Part shown: positions 7,207 through 16,734 of the stretch, piece after piece
Layout: each line of letters opens with the position of its first letter
Numbering within the stretch: position 1 is the stretch's first letter
Program-made: the position numbers and the translations under genes
From: Gemmatimonadales bacterium
GTDB lineage: Bacteria; Gemmatimonadota; Gemmatimonadetes; Gemmatimonadales; GWC2-71-9
Length of the DNA stretch: 36,930 nucleotides
Reading direction: 5' to 3'
Assembly (NCBI GenBank): GCA_039794085.1
Contig: JBDIWC010000041.1
Coordinates: 1 to 36,930, forward strand
Notes under the pieces: model-generated
The model's database searches: none
Seen by the model: the letters and a program-made list of their open reading frames with translations, nothing else
What the model was told of the DNA's origin: nothing

Positions 7207-8421
7207 ATGTTCCCCTCACCCGCACTCCAGCTCCTTGTGTCATTGGCGATCGCGTCCCTGGTGATGGCATGCACAGGCACCACGAGCGGCAATCGTGAAC
7301 GTTTCCGGGTCGATACGACGGAGAGTGGGCGCGTCGACGTCACGAACACGGGGGTTTCCCTCTGGGAGGAAGGCTCAGGTTGGCACCTCGAGGAGGATCT
7401 CCGGCTCGGCAAGGCGGCGGAGACCGGACCTGAATTGTTCGGTCAGATCGGAGCGCTCCTGTCGGATTCGAAGGGGCGGATCTATGTCCTCGACATCATG
7501 TCCCAGGAAATACGCGTTTTCGATTCCGATGGGTCCTGGTCCCACACGATCGGTCGGAAAGGCGCGGGGCCGGGTGAATTCAGGGGTGCCACCGGCATGG
7601 CGCTCGGTCAGGGTGACACGCTCTGGGTGGTGGATCCCACGATGGACCGCTATTCGGCGTTTACCGCCGAGGGGAGGCTGGTCGGAACGTATCCACGACG
7701 CATCCAGGGATATCTCGATTCATGGCACGGGGCCTTTCTCTCCGACGGACGCTACATGGATTGGGGCCTCTTGTTCCCGGAAGAAGGAGCGGGGGTCGCA
7801 GGCCCGCGGATTCTTCTTCAGCCCGTTACGCTCTCCGAGGGATTCCAGGTCAGGGACTCCTTCCCGCCCCTCGAATTCACCCAGGAAATGGCGGTCATCG
7901 CGGGCCAGCCCCGTCCGATGCCTTTCTACAACGATGGACTCGTTTTCAACGTTGATGCCGCTGGCAATATCTGGTTCGCCCGCTCCCGCGAGTACCGGAT
8001 CTACCGCCGGAACCTCGCCGGCGACACGACCCTCTCCTTCACCCTCCCCGCGCAAGCCGTCAGCCTGACCGATGCCGATCGGGCGTACGTGCGCCGACGG
8101 CTGTCGGGACGGCCGGGGCTGCTCGACGATTATCTGAGCGCGCTGCCGAAAGCCAAGCCGATCCTCCATGCCATCCTGGTAGACGGCGTGGGCCACCTGT
8201 TCGTCATTGTCAACGTGGAAGGGGAGGATGAGGGCTCGATTCTGGATGTGTTTCGCGATACCGGCGAATACCTCGGACGCCTCCACCTTCCTCGACCTGT
8301 GACCCTGGTTCCAGCAAATAGGTTGGTGGCTCATGTCACGAAGGACCACCTGTTGCTGGTGGTCACGGACGAAACGGAGGTCCCCTACGTCTCCCGACTC
8401 CGCCTGGTGAAGCCCCGGTAA
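7207..8421 (+). CDS. 6-bladed beta-propeller lipoprotein
   Basis: Lipobox-like LVMA-C after a hydrophobic stretch from ATG 7207, GRIYVLD, EIRVFDSDGSWSHTIGRKGAGPGEF, LDVFRDTGEYLGRLHLP. ORF is open from 7069. Confidence 0.8.
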   Translation: MFPSPALQLLVSLAIASLVMACTGTTSGNRERFRVDTTESGRVDVTNTGVSLWEEGSGWHLEEDLRLGKAAETGPELFGQIGALLSDSKGRIYVLDIMSQEIRVFDSDGSWSHTIGRKGAGPGEFRGATGMALGQGDTLWVVDPTMDRYSAFTAEGRLVGTYPRRIQGYLDSWHGAFLSDGRYMDWGLLFPEEGAGVAGPRILLQPVTLSEGFQVRDSFPPLEFTQEMAVIAGQPRPMPFYNDGLVFNVDAAGNIWFARSREYRIYRRNLAGDTTLSFTLPAQAVSLTDADRAYVRRRLSGRPGLLDDYLSALPKAKPILHAILVDGVGHLFVIVNVEGEDEGSILDVFRDTGEYLGRLHLPRPVTLVPANRLVAHVTKDHLLLVVTDETEVPYVSRLRLVKPR

Positions 8422-8451
8422 GGCCCGCAATCTACCGTCCCCTCCCGACCC

Positions 8452-8530
8452 CCCACTCCCTACTCCCCACTTCCTACTCCCTACTCCCCACTTCCTACTC
8501 CCCACTCCCTACTCCCTACTCCCTACTCCC
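8452..8530 (-). repeat. Heptamer tandem array (GGGAGTA on the minus strand, about 11 units) at a convergent gene junction
   Basis: ctactcc/ccactcc/ccacttc units; the ATPase stop codon lies inside the array. Confidence 0.85.
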
Positions 8531-9973
8531 TGGAGGGTGGCGCGGTGGGCGGCCGGCATACCCCAACTCCTCGTTCCGGGTGATTCGCCGGTGGGCCACC
8601 AGGGCCTCCAGCACCAGTTCGCAGGCGGCGACCGCTACGTTGGGCTCTTTGGCGCTCGCGAGACCCACCGTCGTCACCAGCGACAGCAACCCGGGAACCG
8701 TCCCGAAGATGTCGAGACACGCCGACGCCCGCTCCTCGCCGGTGAAGCGCAGGGCTCGGCCCTCGTCGAACCATTCCACGATCGGGTCGGTGTCGGCCCC
8801 TCCGGCCCGGGCGTCGAAGGTGGCGCCAGCCGCGTCCCGGATCAGCTCCCGCGCGATCGTCTCGCTCCCCTGCAGCTCCCCCTCGTACTCCAACTCGATC
8901 TTGCCGGTGACCGACGGGAGGGCGGCGTAGACGTCGCTCATGCGGGGCACGATCGCCTCCTCGCCAAGCCGCCGGGCGCGCCGCTCGGCGTTGGAGACGG
9001 CGTTCTCCAGCACCGTGATCGGGAGCCGCTGGGACACGCCGCTCCGCCGGTCCACCCGCTTGTCCTCCCGGGCCTCGAACGCGATCCGCTCGATGACCTC
9101 GGCGATGAAATCGGGGATCACCACCGGCAGATCCTCTCCCCGGTCGATCCACGCCTCCTGGGCCGTGATCGCCATGCCAAGCTCTACGGTGCGGGGATAG
9201 TGGGTCTGAACCTCGGAGCCGATCCGGTCCTTGAGCGGGGTGATGATCTTGCCGCGCGCGGTGTAGTCCTCCGGATTGGCGGTGAACACCAGGAGGACGT
9301 CGAGCGGGAGACGGACCGGGTATCCCTTGATCTGGATATCCCCCTCCTGCATCACGTTGAAAAGCCCGACCTGCACCTTCCCGCTCAGGTCCGGGAGCTC
9401 GTTGATGGCGAAGATGCCCCGGTTGGCCCGCGGCAGGAGCCCGAAGTGCATGGTCAGTTCGTCGCTCAGCAGATGCCCGCCGCGCGCGGCGCGGATCGGG
9501 TCCACATCGCCGATGAGATCGGCCACCGTCACGTCGGGGGTGGCGAGCTTCTCCACGAACCGCTGGTCGCGGTTCACCCACGCGATCGGGGTTTCCTCTC
9601 CCCGCTCGGCCAGGAGTTCCCGTGCGAATCGAGACACCGGGGCGAAGGGATCGTCGTTCACTTCGCTCCCGGCCACCACCGGAATGGCCGGATCGAGGAG
9701 AGCGGTGAGCGCCCGGAGGATCCGGGACTTGGCCTGTCCCCGGAGACCGAGGAGAATGAAATGGTGACGGGCCAGGAGGGCGTTCACGATCTGAGGGAGT
9801 ACCGAGTCGTCGTATCCGACGATGCCGGGAAAGAGCTCCTCGCCCCGTCCCAGGCGATCCTGCAGGTTGTGCCGGATCTCGTCCCGGACCGACCTTCCCC
9901 GCAGAGGCGGCTGCCCCCAGGGAGAGCGGATCAGGGCACCAAGTGTCTCAGGAAGTGCATTGGGTCTGGGCAT
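8516..9973 (-). CDS. AAA+ ATPase, magnesium chelatase subunit I (ChlI/MoxR)-related
   Basis: Walker A variant [28 protein letters not shown], Walker B region [33 protein letters not shown]. Confidence 0.85.
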   Translation of the reverse strand: MPRPNALPETLGALIRSPWGQPPLRGRSVRDEIRHNLQDRLGRGEELFPGIVGYDDSVLPQIVNALLARHHFILLGLRGQAKSRILRALTALLDPAIPVVAGSEVNDDPFAPVSRFARELLAERGEETPIAWVNRDQRFVEKLATPDVTVADLIGDVDPIRAARGGHLLSDELTMHFGLLPRANRGIFAINELPDLSGKVQVGLFNVMQEGDIQIKGYPVRLPLDVLLVFTANPEDYTARGKIITPLKDRIGSEVQTHYPRTVELGMAITAQEAWIDRGEDLPVVIPDFIAEVIERIAFEAREDKRVDRRSGVSQRLPITVLENAVSNAERRARRLGEEAIVPRMSDVYAALPSVTGKIELEYEGELQGSETIARELIRDAAGATFDARAGGADTDPIVEWFDEGRALRFTGEERASACLDIFGTVPGLLSLVTTVGLASAKEPNVAVAACELVLEALVAHRRITRNEELGYAGRPPRHPPGSRE

Positions 9974-10213
9974 CGCGACTCCGGCTGGTGCGGGGTAACG
10001 GGATCAATAGTCCACTTTCGCTCTCCTCGGGTGGCTACCCACCCACCCACCACGCCGACAATCGCGATCCCATCCTGCGTGAAAACAGCTCGTCACACGA
10101 AGACACGAAGGGGTGTGCGTTGCCGGGATCATCGCGAACTCCGACCCGTGACAAGAGCGTGCCCCCACCCCACCACCACTGGTGATCGCGCCACCACATT
10201 GATCTGCCGGACC

Positions 10214-10248
10214 ACTCTCTCCTCTCTCCTCTCTCCTCTCCCTCCTCC
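10214..10248 (+). repeat. Heptamer tandem array (TCTCTCC)
   Basis: ctctctc ctctctc ctctctc ctctccc tcctcc, directly upstream of a -35 box. Confidence 0.7.
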
Positions 10249-10276
10249 TTGACAGCACTGCTCGGAATGGTAACTT
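10249..10276 (+). promoter_or_regulatory. Sigma70-type promoter for the small lipoprotein gene
   Basis: TTGACA (10249-10254), 16-bp spacer, extended -10 TGnTAACTT (10271-10276). Confidence 0.6.
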
Positions 10277-10363
10277 CTGTCCACTCCATGACATGAAAAA
10301 GCGCCGCGCCGTACTGTCCCTTCGTCCGCACGAACAACCACTTTCACCCCTGAGGGCCGTTTC

Positions 10364-10549
10364 ATGTCGAAAATCGTGACACTCGTTGCCGTTCTTGCTC
10401 TGACTGCCTGTGGCGGGGGTGCCGCCAACGAGGCTCCGCCCGCCGCTGCGGAGCCGGCCGCCGTTGCGCCCGCACCGGTCGATTCGGCTCCGGCCGATTC
10501 GATGGCGATGTCGCACGACAGCATGGCGGGGGACACCACGTCGCACTGA
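10364..10549 (+). CDS. Small Ala/Pro-rich lipoprotein, 61 aa
   Basis: MSK, hydrophobic core, lipobox LTA-C; GAGGG RBS; own promoter and terminator. Confidence 0.85.
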   Translation: MSKIVTLVAVLALTACGGGAANEAPPAAAEPAAVAPAPVDSAPADSMAMSHDSMAGDTTSH

Positions 10550-10570
10550 TCCCCTGGAACGTACGATCTG

Positions 10571-10610
10571 CCCCTCCCCTAGGATCCACCCGGGGAGGGG
10601 TTCTGTTTTT
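10571..10610 (+). terminator. Rho-independent terminator
   Basis: CCCCTCCCC stem / GGGGAGGGG followed by TTCTGTTTTT, between convergent genes. Confidence 0.75.
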
Positions 10611-11611
10611 CACCCCCCCGGCTCTCCGGTCACCTCAGGGGGAGCGAAGGGGAGGTCCACGACCCGGGCCGGAGCGTCCCCCACCCGAACTGCGGCCCCC
10701 GCCTCGACCTCTCTCCGGAGCAGCGCCAGCCCCAGGTGTCGCCCCGGAGGGTGCAGCATCGAGGTGACCTTCCCCACCTCCTTCCCGTCATTGGTCCGGA
10801 TGGTGAGGGCTCCCTCGGTTGTGGAGGCGGTCCAGACCAAACCTCGCAGGTGACGGTTCGGATGACCCCGGAAGTGGATACGGGCCACCGTCTCCTGTCC
10901 CACATAACACCCCTTGGCGTAGCTCACCCCGCCGTGCTCATCGAACCGGACTTCCTGGGGCAGGGTCTTCTCCCCGATCTCGGCGCCGAGCGCCGGCCAG
11001 CCGGACAGGATGCGAGAGGCGGTGAGGTCGGCATGTGTTCCGGGGATTGCACCGGCCTCCATCAAGCGCGTCCGGGCCTGTTCCATCACCGCCTCCGGCC
11101 CGAGCAGCACGGCGACCCAGGGGGCACCGTCGGGAGCCATGGCCAGAACGGCGTCGCCGACGGGGAGGGTGACCGGGAGGGCGTTTCCCGGCTCCGGGGC
11201 GGGGCTCTCCAGGGCGCGGGAGACGGTGTCGCGGGCTCCGGGGCCGAGGAGCCAGAGGCCGGTCCATGCCGGTTCCGGGGTGCTGACGCGGGCGAGGCGC
11301 GGGGGAAACTGCTTCGTGAATCCCGCCCGGGCGGCTTCGAGTCCCTCGGTGGGGAAGAGCAGCGTGGCGCCGTCGGATTCCCGGAGGGTCCAAAGGTCGG
11401 TGATGATCATTCCCTTGGGGGTCAGCAGCGCTCCGTAGATGACGCTCCCCGGGCCGGGACGTTCCACGTCGTTGGTCAGCACCCCCTGGAGGCAGGTTAC
11501 CGCGCCGGGACCGCGCACGTGGAGCACGGCCGCGGGAGCGGCGACGATCACCGTGCCCGCGCGAAGGTGGGTGAGGGTGGGTTCGGAAATCGAGACGGAT
11601 GCCGGTTCCAT
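10610..11611 (-). CDS. ygfZ: Folate-binding Fe-S cluster repair protein YgfZ (GcvT family)
   Basis: Signature KGCYVGQETVARI, LQGVLTNDV, LLTPKG; ATG 11611. Confidence 0.9.
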   Translation of the reverse strand: MEPASVSISEPTLTHLRAGTVIVAAPAAVLHVRGPGAVTCLQGVLTNDVERPGPGSVIYGALLTPKGMIITDLWTLRESDGATLLFPTEGLEAARAGFTKQFPPRLARVSTPEPAWTGLWLLGPGARDTVSRALESPAPEPGNALPVTLPVGDAVLAMAPDGAPWVAVLLGPEAVMEQARTRLMEAGAIPGTHADLTASRILSGWPALGAEIGEKTLPQEVRFDEHGGVSYAKGCYVGQETVARIHFRGHPNRHLRGLVWTASTTEGALTIRTNDGKEVGKVTSMLHPPGRHLGLALLRREVEAGAAVRVGDAPARVVDLPFAPPEVTGEPGG

Positions 11612-11622
11612 CCCCAAACATA

Positions 11623-12873
11623 TCACCCTCCATACAGCCCCGCCGCCCGGTACGACTGATCGAGGAGTTCCATCGGATGCACCACCGTCACCATTGACCC
11701 CCGTGTCACGAGCCCGCCCCCGATCTGCATCAGACACCCCGGGTTCCCGGTCACGATCGCCGTGATCTCGGGATGATCCCGCAGGGGAGCCAGCTTGGCC
11801 TCGAGAATCGCGTCGGCCGCCTCCGGATGCAGGAGGCCATGGAGACCGGCGCTCCCGCAACAGTGGGATGCTCCCGGGAGGGTATGAACGGTGAGACCAG
11901 GAATGGCCCCCAGCACCGCCAGGACCTCGGCGTGTACCCCCTGCGCATGCTGGAGGTGGCAGGGCGGATCGTAGGCCACGTGGATCGGCAGAGGCCCCCC
12001 CGGACGCGGGCCACCGTCCCGGGCCAGCAACTCCGTGACGTCCCGCACCAGGCCGGCCAGGCGCCGAGTGTCTGGTGCATCGACGAGGTGCGGGAGCTCC
12101 CGCAGGTGGGCACCGCAACCCGCACTGTTGAGGACCACGGCCTCAATGGCGCCCGCGGCCCCGAGCGCCTGGGCATTGCCCCGGGCCAGGCGATCCGCCC
12201 CCGCACGATCACCGGCATGGGCATGGAGCGCCCCGCAGCATCCGAAGCCGGGAATCTCCACTGTCTCCCATCCATTGACCGCGAGCACCCGGATCGTGGC
12301 CTCGTGGACATGACGGAAGAGTCCGTCCATCACGCATCCGCGAAAGAGAGCCACCCGGCCCTTCGTCGGCGTTCCCGCCGCTGTCGTCGACAAGGGGACA
12401 GGGTGGATCGGCCGAGTGGCATGGAGTTGGGCCAGGAGACGCGACACCCGGTTCCGCCTGCGCTCGATGCCAACCAGAGGCACCCGGCGGGCGGCCCGCG
12501 CCATCGCCATGAGGGGGTGCCGCATGGTCGATCCCATCGCCGCCAGAACCATCCGGGCCAGGGCCGGGATCCCGTTGGCCTCCGCGAGCCGCCGCTGTGC
12601 CTCCGCGAGACCTTCTCCGTACCCCACCCCGGAGGGGCAGGCCGGTTCACAGCCCCGGCATCCGAGGCAGGCGCCGAGGTGGGTGCGCAGGTCGGGGTCG
12701 GTCGCCGGGATGTCCCCCCGTTCGAGGGCCCGCATCAGCACGATCCGGCCGCGCGGGCTGTCGTTCTCGTCCCCGGTGGCGAGGTAGGTGGGGCAGGCCG
12801 GGAGGCAGAACCCGCAGTGGACGCAGGGGTCGAGCGCTGCAAACCCCCGTGAGGAATCAGTCGGGGGAGACAC
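11623..12873 (-). CDS. glcF: Glycolate oxidase iron-sulfur subunit
   Basis: CVHCGFCLPACPTY, SPRGRI, CLGCRGCEPACPSGV, CCG domains (CCGALH, CCGSAG), NPGCLMQI; GTG 12873. Confidence 0.9.
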   Translation of the reverse strand: MSPPTDSSRGFAALDPCVHCGFCLPACPTYLATGDENDSPRGRIVLMRALERGDIPATDPDLRTHLGACLGCRGCEPACPSGVGYGEGLAEAQRRLAEANGIPALARMVLAAMGSTMRHPLMAMARAARRVPLVGIERRRNRVSRLLAQLHATRPIHPVPLSTTAAGTPTKGRVALFRGCVMDGLFRHVHEATIRVLAVNGWETVEIPGFGCCGALHAHAGDRAGADRLARGNAQALGAAGAIEAVVLNSAGCGAHLRELPHLVDAPDTRRLAGLVRDVTELLARDGGPRPGGPLPIHVAYDPPCHLQHAQGVHAEVLAVLGAIPGLTVHTLPGASHCCGSAGLHGLLHPEAADAILEAKLAPLRDHPEITAIVTGNPGCLMQIGGGLVTRGSMVTVVHPMELLDQSYRAAGLYGG

Positions 12874-14068
12874 GGGGGACCACGAGAGTGCCGGCGGGAT
12901 CGAAGGTGGCCTGGAGTCCCGTGACGAGCGCGCCCACGCCCTCCCGGTAGGCGCCGAAGTGACCGGTTGTCGATCGCAGCGCCCAGGGGGCCCGTTCCAC
13001 CGTGAGGGGGATCTCCCGTTCGGCCAGGGTGCGTCGCAGGAGATGAATCGTCTCGGCGTCGGTGTCGGCGCCGATCCGGATGCCGCCACTTGCGGGTTCC
13101 GCGGTGAGAGGACCCTCGCCCAGGTGGTTGATGAGCAGGTCGAGTGTGTCATCGATGCCGTCGGGGAGGACACCGAGCCGGATCGCGCAGGGCATCCCCA
13201 GGAAGGAGAGAGAGATCGTCTGACGGCGCTGGTGGGCCTCCTCCGGGGTCAGGACCGTGACCGGTGTGTCCGCGACCTCCGTGATCCGGGCCGCTTCCGC
13301 CTCGGTGCCCGCCGCCGATCCGAGGAGGCGAATGACGAGTACCCAGGACTGCGTGCCCGTGGCCGCCGGTGAGGCGAGTTCGATGGCGGCGGCATCGAGA
13401 TTGATCTCTGTCAGGTGACGGGCACACCGGGTGAGCTGGTCCCGAGGTCCGGCAAGCAGGAGGGTCCGGTCGTTCCCGGGGAGGGCCCGGAGCCGGAGGT
13501 GAACCTCGGTGAGAATGCCGAAGGCGCCGAATCCACCGACCTGGAGACGGGTGAGATCGTATCCCGCCACGTTCTTGACCACGGCGCCCCCGGCGGTGAC
13601 CACGCGTCCGTCCCCCGTGACGACGGTGCAGCCAAGCGTGAGTTCCCGCGGAGTTCCGCGGCTGTGCTGAAGGGCGCCGGCCGTGGCGGTGGCGAGCACC
13701 GATCCGAGAGTCCGCCCCGGGTGGCCGGGGGGATCGAGCGGGAGCCAGGCTCCGTCCGCGGCGAGCCGCTGCTGGAGGGCGTCGAGGGGAACGCCGGTCT
13801 CGACCGTGGCGGTGAGGTCCGCGGGGGAGACGCGCGGTATCGCGGTCAGGCCCGCGGTGCTGAGCACGAGATCGCAGGGAGCGTCGCCCGGGATCCAGGT
13901 GCCCGCTCCCCGCACGGCGACCCGCCATCCCGCCTCGTGGGCCTGCGTCATGACCTCGGCCACCTGGCCGGTGGTGGAGGGGGACACCAGGAGAATCCCC
14001 TCCGCCGTGGAGGAGAGGAGCCCGGCGGGCAATCGATCCCGGAGCTGGTCTCGCGGTGTCGGGCTCAC
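12857..14068 (-). CDS. glcE: Glycolate oxidase FAD-binding subunit
   Basis: GGAVVKNVAGYDLTRL, DLTATVETG, C-terminal FDPAGTL; GTGA overlap with glcD. Confidence 0.85.
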   Translation of the reverse strand: MSPTPRDQLRDRLPAGLLSSTAEGILLVSPSTTGQVAEVMTQAHEAGWRVAVRGAGTWIPGDAPCDLVLSTAGLTAIPRVSPADLTATVETGVPLDALQQRLAADGAWLPLDPPGHPGRTLGSVLATATAGALQHSRGTPRELTLGCTVVTGDGRVVTAGGAVVKNVAGYDLTRLQVGGFGAFGILTEVHLRLRALPGNDRTLLLAGPRDQLTRCARHLTEINLDAAAIELASPAATGTQSWVLVIRLLGSAAGTEAEAARITEVADTPVTVLTPEEAHQRRQTISLSFLGMPCAIRLGVLPDGIDDTLDLLINHLGEGPLTAEPASGGIRIGADTDAETIHLLRRTLAEREIPLTVERAPWALRSTTGHFGAYREGVGALVTGLQATFDPAGTLVVPRVSPD

Positions 14069-15495
14069 AGGGTCTCCGCCCCCCTTCCCCATTCCCGGCA
14101 ATACCGGACGGGAATCACCTTGCCGGGGTTGGCCCGCTCCTCGGGGTCGAACACATGTCGCACGGCGCACATCTGGCGAAGCGACGGCTCGGAGTAGAGC
14201 TCGGGCATCTGATCCGCCTTGTCGAGGCCGACACCATGCTCTCCGGTGATCGTGCCTCCCACGGCCAGACACGCGGTCATGATCTCCCGGCTCGCGGCCA
14301 GCACCCTTTCCCGGGCCCCCGGTTCCCGGTGATCGTAGCAGATGTTGGGGTGCAGGTTCCCGTCTCCCGCATGAAAAACATTGACGATGGTGAGACCATG
14401 GAAGCGCCCCACCGCCTCGACCCGATCGAGAATGTCGGGAAGGGCGGACCGGGGAACCACGGCATCCTGCACCACCATGTCCCGGGCGATTCGTCCCATC
14501 GCTCCGAACACCTTCTTCCGTCCCTGCCAGAGCCGGGCGCGTTCCTCCGCGGTGCGGGCTGTGCGGAGCGTCGTGGCCCCACCCTGCCGGAGGAGGGTGC
14601 CCACACGGTCCGACTCCGCGGCCACCGCCTCGGGACGGCCATCGAGTTCCACCAGGAGAACGGCGGCGGCATCGGTGGGATAGCCGGCGGCGTAGATCGA
14701 CGCCTCCACCGCGCGGACACTCGCCTGGTCGAGCATCTCGAGGGCGGCGGGCACGATTCCCGTGGCGATGATCTCACGCACCGCCTCACTGGCCGCCCGC
14801 ACGGTGGGGAACCCCGCGAGGAAGGTGCGGACCTCGGCGGGGAGGGGCACGAGACGCACCGTGACGGAGAGGGCGATTCCGAACATCCCCTCGCTCCCCA
14901 CGAAGAGCCCCACCAGATCGGGGCCCCACGGCTCTCCCGACGGGCTGCCGAGGCGAACCACGGTCCCGTCAGGGCGGAGGACGTCGAGGGCCACGATGTG
15001 GTTGGTGGTGACGCCATACTTGAGGCAGTGCGGGCCCCCGGCGTTCTCCGCCACGTTGCCGCCGATGGTGCAGGCGCTCTGGCTCGAGGGATCGGGGGCG
15101 TATTGCAGGCCGAGATGACGGATCGCCTCGGAGAGGGTGGCGTTGACCACACCCGGTTCCACGGTGGCCCGCCGGCCCGCGGGGTCGATGTGGAGGATCC
15201 GGTTGAGCCGGGTGAGGATGACGAGAACGGCCTCCCGATCAGCGAGAGCACCCCCGGAAAGACCGGTGCCAGCACCCCGGGCCACCCAGGGCGCGTGGTG
15301 GTGATGAAGAACGCGGATCACCCCGATGACCTCCTCCCGGGTTCCGGGGAGGACGGCAAGGCGGGGAACGGCGTGATGCGTTGGCAGGCCATCGGAGGTA
15401 AGGGCGAGAAGCTCGGCGGGTCGCACCCGGAGCCCACCGGGACCGACGACCCCACGGAGGTCACGGAGGAGGGCGTGGTCGAGGGGGGAGGGCAT
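14065..15495 (-). CDS. glcD: Glycolate oxidase subunit GlcD (FAD-linked oxidase)
   Basis: RGAGTGLSGGA, PDPSSQSACTIGGNVAENAGGPHCLKYGVT, HAGDGNLHP, GEHGVG, NPGK. Confidence 0.92.
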   Translation of the reverse strand: MPSPLDHALLRDLRGVVGPGGLRVRPAELLALTSDGLPTHHAVPRLAVLPGTREEVIGVIRVLHHHHAPWVARGAGTGLSGGALADREAVLVILTRLNRILHIDPAGRRATVEPGVVNATLSEAIRHLGLQYAPDPSSQSACTIGGNVAENAGGPHCLKYGVTTNHIVALDVLRPDGTVVRLGSPSGEPWGPDLVGLFVGSEGMFGIALSVTVRLVPLPAEVRTFLAGFPTVRAASEAVREIIATGIVPAALEMLDQASVRAVEASIYAAGYPTDAAAVLLVELDGRPEAVAAESDRVGTLLRQGGATTLRTARTAEERARLWQGRKKVFGAMGRIARDMVVQDAVVPRSALPDILDRVEAVGRFHGLTIVNVFHAGDGNLHPNICYDHREPGARERVLAASREIMTACLAVGGTITGEHGVGLDKADQMPELYSEPSLRQMCAVRHVFDPEERANPGKVIPVRYCREWGRGAETL

Positions 15496-15511
15496 GAAGG
15501 AACATAAGCAG

Positions 15512-16411
15512 TTACGCCGCGACCCAGGTGGTGCGGAGGCTCTGGACTTCCGGAGCGTTGCGGAGTTTCTCGAAGGCGCGTTCGCGGATCTGGCGGACCC
15601 GCTCGCGGGTGACGCCGAGGAGGTGCCCGATGTGTTCCAGGGTCAAGGGTTCGGCACAATCATCGAGGCCGTAGTAGAGGGTCAGGATCCGTCGTTCCCT
15701 CGGGGTCAGGTGTCGCCGGAAGAGCTGCGCCAGGAACTCGCGCTGGAGAGTGTCATCGGTGGCGTCCTCGATATCGAGGCTCCCGGATCCCGCCACCCGG
15801 TCCCCGAAGGTGGCCGCGGCGCTGTCGGAGCGATCCACCGGGGCGTCGAGGGACACTTCAAAGCGGGACATCCGGTGGGCGGCGCGCACATTGTCGACGG
15901 TGTCCCCCAGAGCTACGGCGGTTTCGCCATCGGTGGGCGTCCGTCCGAGTTCTCGCGCCAGGGTGGTTTCGAGCCGGGCGAGGCGGAGCAACGCGGAGTT
16001 CTGGTTCAGGGGTACCCGGACCGTTCGAGTCTGCTCCGCCAGGGCCTTGAGCACACACTGCCGGATCCACCAGACCGCATAGCTGATGAACTTGACCCCG
16101 TGAGAGGGATCGAACTTCGCGACCGCCTTGAGGAGTCCCTCATTTCCGATCGCCACCAGCTCCGCCAGGTCGAGGCCATGCCCCTGGAACCGCTTCACGT
16201 AGCTGATCACGAACCGGAGGTTCCCGGTGACGAGACGCTCCGCCGCCTCCCGATCGCCCCGTTGGGCCAACTCCGCCAACCGTCGTTCCTCCTCGACGCT
16301 GGGGATCATGGGCAGCTTGCGGACGTCCCCCAGGTACTGGTCAAATGCGGTGCCGGAGGGGGAATGGGCGAGGGTGTTCACCGGGTGGGTCTGGACGGAA
16401 CTGCGCGTCAT
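15512..16411 (-). CDS. RNA polymerase sigma70 factor, RpoD/RpoS-like, lacking region 1.1
   Basis: NLRFVISYVKRF, KFDPSHGVKFISYAVWWIRQ, region 4 TLEHIGHLLGVTRERVRQI. Confidence 0.92.
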   Translation of the reverse strand: MTRSSVQTHPVNTLAHSPSGTAFDQYLGDVRKLPMIPSVEEERRLAELAQRGDREAAERLVTGNLRFVISYVKRFQGHGLDLAELVAIGNEGLLKAVAKFDPSHGVKFISYAVWWIRQCVLKALAEQTRTVRVPLNQNSALLRLARLETTLARELGRTPTDGETAVALGDTVDNVRAAHRMSRFEVSLDAPVDRSDSAAATFGDRVAGSGSLDIEDATDDTLQREFLAQLFRRHLTPRERRILTLYYGLDDCAEPLTLEHIGHLLGVTRERVRQIRERAFEKLRNAPEVQSLRTTWVAA

Positions 16412-16491
16412 ACTACCTCGGAGCGGCAGAGAGAGATTCCCTCCGGGGGGAGGGTGATCCGCGATCAGGACGTCATGTTCATGAATGTCTC

Positions 16492-16522
16492 ATAATATGG
16501 GAAGCGGGAGAGTGGCGGTCAA
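16492..16522 (-). promoter_or_regulatory. Possible sigma70 promoter for the sigma-factor gene
   Basis: Minus strand TTGACC with TATTAT at 19-bp spacing (or CATATT at 17 bp), within an AT-rich region at 16480-16700. Confidence 0.4.
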
Positions 16523-16734
16523 GGAAAACTTTTCGTCCACATCACAAATTGTTGCCACTGCTGTCAATAGATTGTTCGTCAACTTTCTGCACAATTCACG
16601 GCACGTTAAACATTGTTGAAAATGCTCATAACATGCTTCTATACATGTCGTTAAGCGTGCTGCGTGACGTGTTGCGTTTGTGGGAAAGTAGATGGCCGGA
16701 TGTTCCTGATTCCTCTTGTCCCATGTCCTATGTC

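Noticed and set aside
10095..10110. CACGAAGACACGAAG as another element copy
   Set aside because: Only a short half-repeat without L or R ends or an inverted partner; too little to call
16480..16700. Replication origin or ncRNA in the AT-rich stretch
   Set aside because: No cluster of DnaA boxes and no recognisable structured RNA; best explained as the sigma-gene regulatory region
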